Sequence record: PZ168832.1
Source of the DNA: a phage
Direction: 5' to 3' (one strand)
DNA: 64,000 nucleotides
Shown here: one piece after another, positions 28,387 to 39,064 of the stretch
How positions within the stretch are numbered: the stretch's first letter is position 1
How the letters are laid out: every line of letters begins with the position of its first letter
The notes under the pieces: model-generated
Told to the model about the DNA's origin: nothing
Database searches by the model: none
The model's input: the letters and a program-made list of their open reading frames with translations, nothing else
Made by a program: the position numbers and the translations under genes

Positions 28387-28655
28387 GACGTATCATCCGT
28401 ATCAAGTAAGTAGTTGTTTTCAAAAGAATCTTACGGATGATACGGATGATACGCGTTGCCGCGATACTTTATAGGAATTCAAATAAATTAATTTAAAATT
28501 ATATATCTAATTTAATTTTATTTTTTTATAAACTCTTATATATGAAAAGTATCCGTATCATCCGTATCATCCGTAGCACACCAGTGATAGCGCGGCTTAT
28601 ACACCGATACGGATAAAAATACGCCTCATTTTATCCGTATCATCCGTATCACACT
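28387..28655. repeat. iteron region B: diverged copy of region A
   Basis: gacgtatcatccgtatca (~28388), ttacggatgatacggatgatacg (~28431), gaattc plus attaatttaaaatt...attttattttttt core, ccgtatcatccgtatcatccgta (~28550), ccgatacggat (~28605), tccgtatcatccgtatca (~28633). Confidence 0.6.
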
Positions 28656-28760
28656 AATTAAGGCGCGGCTATATCGGTTGTTATACATATTCAAACCATA
28701 ATTATTGTTTGCCTAAGTTTTTTTCATTAGATATAATACACAATACTTATTTGAGGGTGG

Positions 28761-30179
28761 ATGCGAATGCAAACGGCACGCGAAATTGACAAAAATGGAT
28801 TCTTGACGATTGTGGGTTGTCCCATTTCGTCATTTGGCATTTTTGATTATTCTGCAGGTCAGGTTGGACTTGATGGTGATCCGAATCGCATCGTAAAAGT
28901 TTATCGCCCAGAGTCAGCGGTGAAAGACCCCGAAGCGATAGATTCATTCAAAAATATCCCTTTCATCGACAATCACGAAATGCTTTCTGGATTCGAAGGT
29001 GATGAGGATAACACAGCACCCGAAGAGTATGGAGTTGATGGCGTTCTGACTGGCAATGTTTATTATGACAAGCCATGGATGCGCGGCGACCTTAAAGTGT
29101 TTAGCCGTCGTCTGAAGAAGGCCATTGATTCTGGAAAGGTTGACTTGTCTTTGGGCTATGACTGTGAATTCATCATACAGTCTGGAGAGTTTGACGGGCA
29201 GCCGTATGAAGTGGTGCAGACAACTCTTCGCGGCAACCACATTGCTCTCGTGGACGTTGGTCGAGTACCAGGTGCACGGGTGCTGGATGGTCGTTGCTTT
29301 GACCATCTTTGTTTGACGACTGTAACACCATCCAACGAGGATTTAGACATGCCAAAACCGTTAAAAGGTAAAGCGCGTGATAATGCTGTTGAACAGCTGA
29401 AATCACTGATCCCTGCGCTCGAACAATTTCTGAATGAAGAGAGTACTGAAGCTGCTCATCAGGACGAAGTTGAAGTGAAAGCAGAAGAGAAGGACTCAAC
29501 CGAAAATCGTGAAGAAGTAATGGTTGATCCAGAAGTCAAGGCAGAAGCAGAAGAAACCCCAGAAGGTGAAGAGAAGTTTGAAGTTGAAACTGAATCTAAC
29601 GCTGGCGGCGAACTTCCGCAATTGATCAGCCAAATCGAAGCACTTATTGCAAAACTGAAAGGTGGCGCGGTAGGTGATGAAGAAGAAGTTGAAGCCGAAG
29701 TCAAAGACGAAGAAGTTGAAGTCAAGGCTGAAGATGTATCACCTTGCGACAAAGCTGAAGATGTGGTTAGCGGCCTGCAAAACAGCAACGTAAAGGGGGC
29801 TTCGGTCGAAAAAGATGACAAACCGACAAAAGCGGCGAAAGCGTCGCCAGGTCCAGCAAAAGGGGAACACTCAATGGCATCTGATTCAGCAGTTGCTGCT
29901 TTCTACGCTGATTCTGCTCGTAAGAATAGCCTCTACCAGCGCCTGTCTAAAGTTGTTGGTGCCTTTGATCATGCAACTATGGACTCCAAGTCCGTAGCGA
30001 AATATGGCGCTAAAAAGTTAGGCTTGAAGTGCGTTGATGGTGCTGAGTTTGACGTGGTGGATAATTATCTGCGTGGCGTTGAACACGGTCAAAAACAGCG
30101 TGTAGTCGCAAAACAAAAGGCCGCTGCGGATTCTGCAGCAACTGACGAAGCATTTGAAGCTTGGTTGAAAGGGGAATAA
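28761..30179 (+). CDS. probable prohead protease/scaffolding fusion protein
   Basis: 472 aa; globular N-terminal domain followed by Glu/Ala/Lys-rich low-complexity repeats (EEVEVKAEE...); sits between portal/head protein and capsid gene. Confidence 0.5.
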   Translation: MRMQTAREIDKNGFLTIVGCPISSFGIFDYSAGQVGLDGDPNRIVKVYRPESAVKDPEAIDSFKNIPFIDNHEMLSGFEGDEDNTAPEEYGVDGVLTGNVYYDKPWMRGDLKVFSRRLKKAIDSGKVDLSLGYDCEFIIQSGEFDGQPYEVVQTTLRGNHIALVDVGRVPGARVLDGRCFDHLCLTTVTPSNEDLDMPKPLKGKARDNAVEQLKSLIPALEQFLNEESTEAAHQDEVEVKAEEKDSTENREEVMVDPEVKAEAEETPEGEEKFEVETESNAGGELPQLISQIEALIAKLKGGAVGDEEEVEAEVKDEEVEVKAEDVSPCDKAEDVVSGLQNSNVKGASVEKDDKPTKAAKASPGPAKGEHSMASDSAVAAFYADSARKNSLYQRLSKVVGAFDHATMDSKSVAKYGAKKLGLKCVDGAEFDVVDNYLRGVEHGQKQRVVAKQKAAADSAATDEAFEAWLKGE

Positions 30180-30181
30180 AT

Positions 30182-30799
30182 ATGACTTTCCAAACTAGTG
30201 TAGGCCGTCAATATACAACTGGCTTTCCTGGCGACATCGTTCGCGACGGCCCACAGCGTGGGAAGCCAGGTCGAATTGCCAACGCCAACGAAGGCGCAAA
30301 CGTAAACGCCATCAGCCGTGTGTTCGGTTTTAAGGCTGACGTATCCTTAATGGGTACTGGTCAAACCAAAACTTTGGGCGCGCAGGACTTTGAAGTTGAG
30401 CTGGGCGGCACCAACTACTACGGCATCCTCGGCAATAGCAAGCGTTACGCGCTGTATGGCAACTCTACTGGTCCTTTGGGCGCCAGCATGGTTCTGCCTC
30501 AATATAGCGAAGGCGAGTTCTACGACATGTGCACGGGCCTCGTAGTTGAAGTATTCAACCCAAGCACCAGCCCGCAGACGCTTAACTATGGCGATTTGCT
30601 CGCTTATGTACCTAAAGGCATCTCCAGCACGGATAACCCGAACAACTTGCCTATTGGTGCAATTATCGCCTATACTGGCTCACTGCCAACTGGCATGGTT
30701 GCCATTCCAGGCGGTATCGTGATTGACCCGACTGCTATTGCCCTTTCCGGCCCAAGCGTCCAGTCTTCCACTTATACCATTGTACAATTGACTCGTTAA
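30182..30799 (+). CDS. hypothetical head protein (possibly decoration)
   Basis: Track ORF 30161..30799 with start at MTFQTSV; position between scaffold and capsid. Confidence 0.4.
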   Translation: MTFQTSVGRQYTTGFPGDIVRDGPQRGKPGRIANANEGANVNAISRVFGFKADVSLMGTGQTKTLGAQDFEVELGGTNYYGILGNSKRYALYGNSTGPLGASMVLPQYSEGEFYDMCTGLVVEVFNPSTSPQTLNYGDLLAYVPKGISSTDNPNNLPIGAIIAYTGSLPTGMVAIPGGIVIDPTAIALSGPSVQSSTYTIVQLTR

Positions 30800-30813
30800 T
30801 AGGCAGGTGAATA

Positions 30814-31953
30814 ATGACTCGCATTAGCCAAACACACTCTCGCCTCCCAGCGAGCAAGGTGCGCCCTTTTGATATGCAATCCGTCACCGACGCGGCTGTT
30901 TCCCAGCTTGCTCGTATCGGTATTGTGTTTGATTCCGCGATTGTGCGTGATCAGATTGAGCACTTAAACCGTGCAGGCGCTTTCCGCGTAGGTGATGCCG
31001 CGTTTACTGCGCCGCAGACTACTCCGTCAATCCCGACCCCGTTGCAGTTCCTGCAGCAGTGGTTGCCTGGCTTCGTCAAAATCATGACAGCTGCTCGTAA
31101 AATCGACGAGCTGGTTGGTATTGATACCGTTGGTCAGTGGGAAGATGCAGAAATCGTTCAGGGCATCGTTGAACCAGCTGGCACCGCAGTTGAATATGGT
31201 GATTTCACCTCTATTCCTCTGGCAAGCTGGAACGTAAACTTTGAACGTCGCTCTATCGTTCGCGGTGAAATGGGCATGGCAGTTGGTATGCTGGAAGAAG
31301 GCCGCGCGTCTGCGATGCGTCTGAACTCCGCAGAAACCAAACGCCAGCAGGCTGCTGTATCTCTGGAAATCATGCGTAACGCAATCGGCTTCTATGGTTG
31401 GTACAACGGGAACAACCGCACGTTCGGCTTCCTGAATGATCCAAACCTGCCAGCGGCGATGACTTCCACCACCACTTCCGGCTGGGCCACTGCGACTTTC
31501 CAACAGGTGACTGCAGACATCCGTTTGATGGTTCGTCAAATTCGTGTGAACTCTCAGGACCAGATTGATCCAGAGAAGGTTGACATGACTCTTGCGCTGC
31601 CGACTAACTCTATCGATTGGCTGTCCAACACCACTGACTTCGGTATTTCTGTACGTGACTGGATCACCCAGACTTATCCGAAGATGAAGATCAAGTCTGC
31701 ACCGGAACTCAACGGCGCACTTGGCAGCGACCCGACTTTCTTGAACGTGGCATACCTGTACGCTGATCACATCGATTCCTCAATCGATGGTTCAAGCGAT
31801 GATGGTTCCGTATTCAGTCAGCTGGTTCAAACCAAGTTCATGACTCTGGGCGTTGAAAAGCGTGCTAAGAGCTACGTTGAAGACTACGCAAACGCAACAG
31901 CAGGCGTTCTGCTCAAGCGTCCGTTCGCAGTCGTCCGTATGACTGGTATTTAA
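30814..31953 (+). CDS. major capsid protein
   Basis: 379 aa; position after scaffold; size and composition typical of major capsid proteins. Confidence 0.6.
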   Translation: MTRISQTHSRLPASKVRPFDMQSVTDAAVSQLARIGIVFDSAIVRDQIEHLNRAGAFRVGDAAFTAPQTTPSIPTPLQFLQQWLPGFVKIMTAARKIDELVGIDTVGQWEDAEIVQGIVEPAGTAVEYGDFTSIPLASWNVNFERRSIVRGEMGMAVGMLEEGRASAMRLNSAETKRQQAAVSLEIMRNAIGFYGWYNGNNRTFGFLNDPNLPAAMTSTTTSGWATATFQQVTADIRLMVRQIRVNSQDQIDPEKVDMTLALPTNSIDWLSNTTDFGISVRDWITQTYPKMKIKSAPELNGALGSDPTFLNVAYLYADHIDSSIDGSSDDGSVFSQLVQTKFMTLGVEKRAKSYVEDYANATAGVLLKRPFAVVRMTGI

Positions 31954-32068
31954 TTGCTGTGATTACACAGTAAAACACATGGGGCGTGGTCGAAAGGCTT
32001 CGCCCCATATCAATAGACCTCAAGGGCTGTAGGGGCTTATCTGAGGCTTATATAAATAGGACTACAAA

Positions 32069-32533
32069 ATGCCAAAATACATCGTTTCAACTATGTCTAT
32101 GTCAGTCAACTACACTTTCTATACGGAAGTGAAAGAAAACCCGAATGCAAAAGCTGGTTCAGGCGCTCTTCCAAATATTCGCAAACAGATTCTGATCAAG
32201 GGCGGTGCTGGTCTTACTTCGGCAACTTCCGGCTTTGGTGAAATGGCAAAAGGCGCTGATGGTGCACCTTTGTGGACTCCTGAAGGAATCGTCACCGTTG
32301 TAAGCGATGCTGATTTTGAACATTTAAAAGATCATCACGTATTCAAGCAGCACCTTGAAAAAGGTCTGGTTAAAGTGGTTAACCACGACATCGTTGGCAA
32401 TCATAAAGCTGTCGCTAAAGAAGTGCGCGGCATGTCAGATGACCCGTTCGCACCTATGACGCGTGAGACGGCTGACAAGCGCATCAAGGTTAAATTGAGC
32501 GGCGAACAAGAAGATGATTTGTTCCGCGTTTAA
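32069..32533 (+). CDS. hypothetical structural protein
   Basis: ORF track. Confidence 0.45.
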   Translation: MPKYIVSTMSMSVNYTFYTEVKENPNAKAGSGALPNIRKQILIKGGAGLTSATSGFGEMAKGADGAPLWTPEGIVTVVSDADFEHLKDHHVFKQHLEKGLVKVVNHDIVGNHKAVAKEVRGMSDDPFAPMTRETADKRIKVKLSGEQEDDLFRV

Positions 32534-32538
32534 ATAAG

Positions 32539-33003
32539 GTGAATGCCATGTCATTAGATTACGAAAAGTTCAGAATAAAATTTCCACAGTTTGCTGATCA
32601 GGTAAAATTCCCTGACACAACGCTTCAAGTATTCTATGACATGGCATGTGAATTTATTGAATCACAAGACAGTCCTTGTCGTGTTTTAAATGGCAGTAAA
32701 TTGGAGCTGGCATTGGAATATATGACGGCTCATCTTTTATGCATAGCCACAGACCAACAGGTGTCTGTGTCTTCTGGTGACGGAGTCGAACAAGGCGGCT
32801 TCGTGACTGGTGCAACAATCGGTGACATCACCGTGAATAAGGTAGCGCCGCCTGCAAGTGATGGTTGGGAATACTGGCTTTCAAGCACTCCTTATGGCAT
32901 GGCGCTTTGGGCGCTTCTGCAAGCACTGGCTGTCGGCGGCTTGTCGTTTGGCGGTCTTCCAGAGCGCGAAGGATTTCGTAAAATTGGTGGGGTATTCTGG
33001 TGA
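32539..33003 (+). CDS. hypothetical head-tail joining protein
   Basis: ORF track; track start is GTG, ATG at about 32548. Confidence 0.4.
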   Translation: MNAMSLDYEKFRIKFPQFADQVKFPDTTLQVFYDMACEFIESQDSPCRVLNGSKLELALEYMTAHLLCIATDQQVSVSSGDGVEQGGFVTGATIGDITVNKVAPPASDGWEYWLSSTPYGMALWALLQALAVGGLSFGGLPEREGFRKIGGVFW

Positions 33004-33386
33004 GGATTCCTGGCGTAAACTTATATCGAGTTGCGACAAAGGTCATCGGTCGCCAACCGATTCAATATTACATGTACAAGGGGCGCACTCTTGATAAAAT
33101 GCGCAACTACGTTACCACTTATGAAGAACCAATCACGCTACTTGCTTCGGTGCAGGCTGTTCTTCGAAATCAATACGTCGAGCTTGGATTGGAGCTTCAA
33201 AAGAACTATGTCAAAATATGGGTAGACAAAGACATTGTTGACCTTGACCGCGACGCTTCCGGCGACTATTTTGTGTTTGGTGGGAAAACGTATAAAATGG
33301 AAGATGAAACGACATGGTTTGACCAAGATGGTTGGACTACTTGCCTTGCCGTGGAAATAAAACAAAGCTTTCCAGTGTCTACTTGA
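33000..33386 (+). CDS. hypothetical structural protein
   Basis: ORF track (GTG start). Confidence 0.4.
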   Translation: MRIPGVNLYRVATKVIGRQPIQYYMYKGRTLDKMRNYVTTYEEPITLLASVQAVLRNQYVELGLELQKNYVKIWVDKDIVDLDRDASGDYFVFGGKTYKMEDETTWFDQDGWTTCLAVEIKQSFPVST

Positions 33387-33387
33387 G

Positions 33388-33969
33388 GTGTATATGACAG
33401 ATGTCGACCTGATTGACATGCTGGCAACGCGAATTGAAGAAGGTCTGGCGGCGTATAGTCGTGCAGACCTTTCTGCTGTTCCGGTCCAGAAAAAGTATCA
33501 ACCGACTCAACAGGGTATTCCGACTGGTGACCAAATTTGGTTTAACCTTTTATTCTCAGTTCCGTTTGGATGGTCCATGAGGAAAAGTGAATTTGTCAAT
33601 GATGAGTCTCAATTTGTAAACGGAAAATTCAAAGATATTGAAGATCAAATATACGCTACACGTTTTCAAATCAGCGGCTTATTTCCAGAAGTTCCTGGCA
33701 ATCCAGAAAAGCCTACTGCTAATGACGTATTGACTTATTTGGCAAGATTCATAACTCATAAAGCGAATTTGAGGGATTGGTTCAAAAAGCATCAGGCATC
33801 AGTATATCGAATCGACATGAATAATAATGAAAAGTTTTATGATGACATGTCGCAATTTGAATCATTCCCTTCTTTTGATTTGGTAATACTTCACAGAAAC
33901 GCAATTTCAATTGATACTCCTGCTGTTGCAAGAGCTGTTAATAATGATTTGGGTGATATTCCGGTGTAA
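33388..33969 (+). CDS. hypothetical structural protein
   Basis: ORF track. Confidence 0.45.
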   Translation: MYMTDVDLIDMLATRIEEGLAAYSRADLSAVPVQKKYQPTQQGIPTGDQIWFNLLFSVPFGWSMRKSEFVNDESQFVNGKFKDIEDQIYATRFQISGLFPEVPGNPEKPTANDVLTYLARFITHKANLRDWFKKHQASVYRIDMNNNEKFYDDMSQFESFPSFDLVILHRNAISIDTPAVARAVNNDLGDIPV

Positions 33970-33970
33970 T

Positions 33971-34456
33971 ATGACAAAATCAAAAATGATAGAAAAACAG
34001 ATTAAGGCGCTTCAGTCTATGAAGGGTCTTACTGTTGAGGCAGGATGGTTTGATTCTACCAGATACCCTTCAGAAACTGGTGGAGAAGGAATACTGGTGT
34101 CAGAAGTCGCGCGGCTTAACGAGTTTGGTCACATAGCCGTTTTGAACTTTGGACAAGGACCAGTCAGGGTAGAAGTGCCACCCAGACCATTCATGAGATA
34201 TGCCTATGAATTATTCGTTAGTGAGCGCAGTGAAATAGAGAATAAAATTGCTAAAAAGATTTTTTCCGGTAAAATAGACGCTAGACAGGCATTGGGTCAA
34301 ATTGGGCTTGCGATGGAAGCAAAGATTGTCGAATCAATTAAAAACGGACCGTGGCAACCAAATGCCAGATATACTGTACGTGTGAAGGGATTCGACAAGC
34401 CTTTGATTCACACTAGCCTCATGTGGCAATCTGTCAGCAGCCAAGTCATTAAATAA
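33971..34456 (+). CDS. hypothetical neck/tail completion protein
   Basis: Track ORF 33911..34456 with start at MTKSKMIEK. Confidence 0.4.
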   Translation: MTKSKMIEKQIKALQSMKGLTVEAGWFDSTRYPSETGGEGILVSEVARLNEFGHIAVLNFGQGPVRVEVPPRPFMRYAYELFVSERSEIENKIAKKIFSGKIDARQALGQIGLAMEAKIVESIKNGPWQPNARYTVRVKGFDKPLIHTSLMWQSVSSQVIK

Positions 34457-34468
34457 GAGGACACCGAC

Positions 34469-36007
34469 GTGATCAGTCAATCTCGTTATATTAAAATTGT
34501 ATCAGGGGTCGGAGCAGGCGCGGCTGTTGCAGTTCGCAAACTGTCGCTTCGCATCATGACTTCCAATACAGTTCTGCCGCCAGGCATTGTAGCAGAATTT
34601 TCAACTGCTGATGCCGTTGGATCATATTTCGGTTTTTCTTCCGAAGAATACAAGCGTGCAGCACTGTATTTTGGATTCATCAGCAAGCAAATCAACTCGC
34701 CTGATTCAATCAGTTTTTCTCGCGTTGTATCCACGGCGATTCCTGCAATGGTTATCGGCGATACTGAGCCTAAAACACTTGCTACTTTTCAGGCATTCAC
34801 TGGCGCTATCTTAAGCATCACTTATGACGGCACAGACTACCTGACCGACGCAATCAACCTTTCAGCGGCAACAAGCCTTGCCAACGTAGCGGAACTTTTG
34901 GAAACGGCAATCAACACCAAGTTTGCAGCAGAAGGTGGGACATCGGTGCCTGCACTTGCTGATGCAGAAGTGTATTGGAACGCCAACACCCAGCAGTTCA
35001 CTTTGGAAGCCGCGCCGTCGACCGCTGGCGCTGGCAACCTTTCGATTAACGTTACAGGTCAACCGACAGACCCATCTCAGGCGCTTGGTTGGACGACTAC
35101 TGGCACCGTTACGGTCGATGGTCAGGGCGTAGCAAGTCCGGTAGAAGCCATCGCGGCATCTGTAGAGATTTCCAACAACTTTGGCTCATTCCTTTTCGCT
35201 GGAGCAGACCGAACGCTGGAAGAAATCACCGCTGTTGCAGCTTGGACTCACTCGCAGAACAATATGTACATGTATCTGTTCTCGACTGCATTCGCCAACA
35301 TCGGCTCATACTATACCGCGCTGAAAGGTTACTCAGGCGTTGGCATGATGATCCGTGCAACCAACCTCGCGAATGATTACATCGACCAGGCACCTGCTGA
35401 AATTCTTGCGGCAACAAACTATAATACTGTAAACGCAACTCAAAACTACATGTATTATCAGTTTGACACGCGAAATGTTACTGTATCGACTGATTCACGC
35501 GCAGATACTGCTGATCAAAACCGTGCAAACTATATCGGCGCTACTCAGCAAGCTGGTCAAACGCTCGCATTCTTCCAGCGTGGCGTTCTGATGGGCGGGT
35601 CTACCGCAGCAGTTGACATGAACACTTATGCCAACGAGATGTGGCTTAAATCTGCTATCACTTCTCAATTGTTCAGCATGTTCTTGAATCTTGGTCGCGT
35701 GCCTGCAAACGAAGAAGGCAAAGCGACTGTACAAGCCATGATTCAAGTTGCTGTTGACAATGCGAAGGTTAACGGCACCATCTCTGTCGGTAAGGCGCTG
35801 ACGGAAATCCAGAAACAGTACATCACGCAAACTTCCGGTGACAACACTGCTTGGCGGCAGGTTGAGACTATCGGCTATTGGTTGACTGTCGATTTTGACA
35901 CTGAAACCACTTCCGATAACCGAACCGAATACTATGCAACATACACGCTAATCTACTCTAAAGATGATGCTGTGCGTCGCGTTGAAGGTCGTGACGTTCT
36001 TATTTAA
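34469..36007 (+). CDS. tail sheath protein
   Basis: 512 aa, immediately upstream of tube-like genes and upstream of tape measure; GTG start with aagagga RBS. Confidence 0.55.
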   Translation: MISQSRYIKIVSGVGAGAAVAVRKLSLRIMTSNTVLPPGIVAEFSTADAVGSYFGFSSEEYKRAALYFGFISKQINSPDSISFSRVVSTAIPAMVIGDTEPKTLATFQAFTGAILSITYDGTDYLTDAINLSAATSLANVAELLETAINTKFAAEGGTSVPALADAEVYWNANTQQFTLEAAPSTAGAGNLSINVTGQPTDPSQALGWTTTGTVTVDGQGVASPVEAIAASVEISNNFGSFLFAGADRTLEEITAVAAWTHSQNNMYMYLFSTAFANIGSYYTALKGYSGVGMMIRATNLANDYIDQAPAEILAATNYNTVNATQNYMYYQFDTRNVTVSTDSRADTADQNRANYIGATQQAGQTLAFFQRGVLMGGSTAAVDMNTYANEMWLKSAITSQLFSMFLNLGRVPANEEGKATVQAMIQVAVDNAKVNGTISVGKALTEIQKQYITQTSGDNTAWRQVETIGYWLTVDFDTETTSDNRTEYYATYTLIYSKDDAVRRVEGRDVLI

Positions 36008-36054
36008 ATAATTGCCGCCGTAACTGGCGGCCATCTCTCTGAGAGGAATCTGTA

Positions 36055-36522
36055 ATGATTAACGTTTCCGGTTTTGGCGCTTCGATTCGTTTGGTAGCAT
36101 CAAACACTTTTCCGAATGGTGTGACTCTTTCTGATTTTGCAGATGATGCTGATCCGATTGACGCGCCGGACCTGCAAATCTCTGAGGCCGCAATGGGCCT
36201 TAACGGTGACCTAGTAGTATGGAACCGTGCAAACCCACTTGAAGTAGGTGTGAACATCATCCCTACTTCTGAAAGTGATGTCAACTTGGACGTTCTTGCA
36301 GCTGCAAACCGCGTAGGCAAGCGTAAGAACTCCGCAAAAGACGTGATCACACTTGTGCTGACTTATCCTTCTGGAATGGTTATCACGCTAAACAAAGGCA
36401 CCTTGACAACTGGTTCAGTAATTCCTGGCATCCAGTCTCAAGGTCGTGTGAAAACACGTCAATATCGCTTCAAGTTTGAGAACGTAGTCAAAACTGGCGT
36501 GAGCAACCAAGAGATTTTATAA
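36055..36522 (+). CDS. tail tube protein
   Basis: 155 aa; MINVSGFGASIRLVA...; paralogue of 37473..37970. Confidence 0.55.
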   Translation: MINVSGFGASIRLVASNTFPNGVTLSDFADDADPIDAPDLQISEAAMGLNGDLVVWNRANPLEVGVNIIPTSESDVNLDVLAAANRVGKRKNSAKDVITLVLTYPSGMVITLNKGTLTTGSVIPGIQSQGRVKTRQYRFKFENVVKTGVSNQEIL

Positions 36523-36851
36523 TGTATCAAATACCACTTGACAGCGTACCTAACCAGAATATCAGCTTTAACGTTGACGGTGCATATTGGCAGTTGCACA
36601 TTTTTGCCGCTATCGAGCATATGTGTGCCGACGTATATCGCAATGGTGAACTTTTGATTCAAGGGGTGCGCTGTTTTGGTGGTATCCCAATGGTGCCTTA
36701 TAAGTATCTCATGATTGGGTACGGTAATTTCATTTTCGACAGCGTACCTGATTATGAAAGTTTTAACTCTGGCGGCTGTAATCTATATTACATGTCAGAA
36801 TCTGAGTTGGCTGAATTCCAGGCCACTGCTGAAGCGGAGTTTGCAATTTGA
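36522..36851 (+). CDS. hypothetical tail protein
   Basis: ORF track. Confidence 0.4.
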   Translation: MYQIPLDSVPNQNISFNVDGAYWQLHIFAAIEHMCADVYRNGELLIQGVRCFGGIPMVPYKYLMIGYGNFIFDSVPDYESFNSGGCNLYYMSESELAEFQATAEAEFAI

Positions 36852-37204
36852 CAACTCTAACCATTGAAGTGAACGAAAATAATGACCTTTTTCTACCTGA
36901 TGGAAGAAACTTAAATATTCTTTCAGGAGAAAAAGCAATGGTGCAAGTAATCAAGGCCGCGCATCAGATGCGACTTGGTGAAGACTTGTACGATATAGAA
37001 AACGGGGTCGATTATTTGGGGACCGTTTTCAAGTCGCCCGTTGACGAAGACGGTGCGCGAAAGTCGATTGCAGATGCTATTCTGAAGAAAGCAGACGTTG
37101 CCGGAATCGACTCATTGACTGTCACCATCCAAAACGGTATCCTTGGATTCACTGCAGAAGTGGTGACTATTTATGGCGAACGTATAAAGGTGAGTAATCA
37201 ATAA
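36848..37204 (+). CDS. hypothetical tail protein
   Basis: ORF track (non-ATG start). Confidence 0.35.
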   Translation: MTTLTIEVNENNDLFLPDGRNLNILSGEKAMVQVIKAAHQMRLGEDLYDIENGVDYLGTVFKSPVDEDGARKSIADAILKKADVAGIDSLTVTIQNGILGFTAEVVTIYGERIKVSNQ

Positions 37205-37470
37205 TGGCACAAGTAATTCATTTTGCAAATGGCGTCATGAAATTTGGCGAAAAATTTGAAGACGCATCAGAGCTGTTTAATAAGAAGGTTGAGCCTGTTA
37301 CAGAAATCAAAGAGCAGGTCGAAGAAAAGTCCGTTGAACAAAAACTCGATTTTGATTCCATGAGCGTTTCAGAATTGAAGTCTTATGCCAAAGAAAATGG
37401 CATCGACATCAAGGGTCTTTCTTATAAGGATGAAATTCTTGCTGCAGTTAAATCTGCATCTGCGGAGTAA
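37204..37470 (+). CDS. small acidic protein (88 aa)
   Basis: ORF track; lies between the two tube paralogues. Confidence 0.4.
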   Translation: MAQVIHFANGVMKFGEKFEDASELFNKKVEPVTEIKEQVEEKSVEQKLDFDSMSVSELKSYAKENGIDIKGLSYKDEILAAVKSASAE

Positions 37471-37472
37471 AC

Positions 37473-37970
37473 ATGGTCAATATTAGTGGATTTGGCACAA
37501 GCATTAGAATTGTCGCTCTTCAATCTTTTCCTGTTGGGCTGAATATCAGTTCTTTGTCTGATGACCAGGATTCGCTAATTATTGAGGAAGTTGAATCAGT
37601 AGGTTATCAACTTACTTACGACGGCGGCATTTGCATATACGACAAAGCCGCCGTCGTTCGCGTATCCATTGCGGTCATTCCAAACACTGAAGATGACATA
37701 AATCTTAAGCTTTTATTATCTGCCCGTAAAGGTGGATTCAAGTGGTTGCCAATTCAGGATGTGACATCAATGCTTATTACATATCCTGACGGTGGAAGGG
37801 TGGCATTCTCTAACGGAACAATAATCAGCGGTCCGCTTGGTGACTCCATAGAGCAATCAGGCCGTCGCAAGACAAACCGATACACATTTGTGTTTGCCAG
37901 CTACGGTGGCGCACAGAGCACGTCTCAAATTGCCAAGGGCGTGGTGCAAAGCATATTGGGGTCCATTTAA
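37473..37970 (+). CDS. tail tube protein paralogue
   Basis: MVNISGFGTSIRIVA... aligns with MINVSGFGASIRLVA... and further along the length. Confidence 0.55.
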   Translation: MVNISGFGTSIRIVALQSFPVGLNISSLSDDQDSLIIEEVESVGYQLTYDGGICIYDKAAVVRVSIAVIPNTEDDINLKLLLSARKGGFKWLPIQDVTSMLITYPDGGRVAFSNGTIISGPLGDSIEQSGRRKTNRYTFVFASYGGAQSTSQIAKGVVQSILGSI

Positions 37971-38503
37971 TGGCTATCGATTTACTGTCATATAGTCTAT
38001 CAAACAGAAGCTTCACGATAAAGAGCTTCAACCTTGGAGAAGTATCCACGCTTGGATGGGCCATAGTCAACGTCAAAATAAGACTCCAAGCGAAGATATT
38101 CAAAAACCAAAGGGAAGACGGCAGCTATATTGTCGATGGCAGAGTAAAGATGCCGCGAATACTCACTGTCACCGTGATAGCTCAGACGAAAAGCGCATCA
38201 GACGCAATAGCTAAGATGTTGCAAAACAGGTCGACTATATACACAATTAATTCCCGTGGTCTAATATTCGAACGTATGGTGCTGCAAAATAACAACTTCA
38301 GCCAGGACGCTGACAATATAACGTCTCAGCCCATACAATTGGTCTTCCATGAGATATTAACACAGCAGGATGTGTCTATTCAAACAGCGCAGGCAGGCGA
38401 CTCAACAGTAATAGAGCGCGGCATTGCATACATAAAAGAAACTTCTGCCAGCGTCACTGGCGTCGCTACAAAGGTGATGAATGGTATCAAGGGGATGTTC
38501 TGA
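37970..38503 (+). CDS. hypothetical tail protein
   Basis: ORF track. Confidence 0.4.
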   Translation: MAIDLLSYSLSNRSFTIKSFNLGEVSTLGWAIVNVKIRLQAKIFKNQREDGSYIVDGRVKMPRILTVTVIAQTKSASDAIAKMLQNRSTIYTINSRGLIFERMVLQNNNFSQDADNITSQPIQLVFHEILTQQDVSIQTAQAGDSTVIERGIAYIKETSASVTGVATKVMNGIKGMF

Positions 38504-39063
38504 TGGACTTCGTTTCGATTCTGCTTTCTGGTCAATCTTTGACCATAACGAATGAGTCAACAGGTCTTCCTGTCTGGACAAGGCTTTCACCTGTTTCTGC
38601 AGAAATAACATCCCCAGCAGAAACAACTCAATTCCCTCTTGCTGGTACAGCCATGCAGGTTGTCGAAGTATCAAGCACGTCATCAGTAAGCAATTTACAG
38701 GCGGCAAAGGTTGTAATGCCAGCCCATATGGCGTTAAACGTAATTTGCAATGACCAGTCTACAATTGAAAATATCATAAATTCATTTGATGATGACGAAG
38801 TCACATTTTCAATAACTTCTCGAAGCATCATTGCCAGTAAAATGTCGATGTCCGACGTTGAAATAACCCAGTCAGAAGAAAACTTGAATGGAGTCTCAAT
38901 AGTAATAACTTTCGAGCAAACGTCATTTAGCATTCAAGGAAGCTTCGACCCTAAACAATCTGCAGACGAATCATCAAATGGTGTTGCTATTAAAGAACCA
39001 GTCAGTTTGACTACAACTGTGAGTTCGTTATATAATAAAATAAAATCAACAGTAGGAATATAA
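38503..39063 (+). CDS. hypothetical tail protein
   Basis: ORF track. Confidence 0.4.
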   Translation: MDFVSILLSGQSLTITNESTGLPVWTRLSPVSAEITSPAETTQFPLAGTAMQVVEVSSTSSVSNLQAAKVVMPAHMALNVICNDQSTIENIINSFDDDEVTFSITSRSIIASKMSMSDVEITQSEENLNGVSIVITFEQTSFSIQGSFDPKQSADESSNGVAIKEPVSLTTTVSSLYNKIKSTVGI

Positions 39064-39064
39064 A

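Noticed and set aside
12400-28760. Regions A and B as collapsed terminal repeats or an assembly artefact
   Set aside because: The two copies are clearly diverged from each other and embedded in unique flanks, so they are genuine internal elements.
31027-31770. 247 aa minus-strand ORF inside the major capsid gene
   Set aside because: Antisense shadow ORF of a well-supported structural gene; same reasoning applies to other track ORFs antisense to large genes (e.g. 1323..1652, 4183..4695, 29459..29821, 53557..54360, 55912..56439, 57172..57612, 58510..58857).
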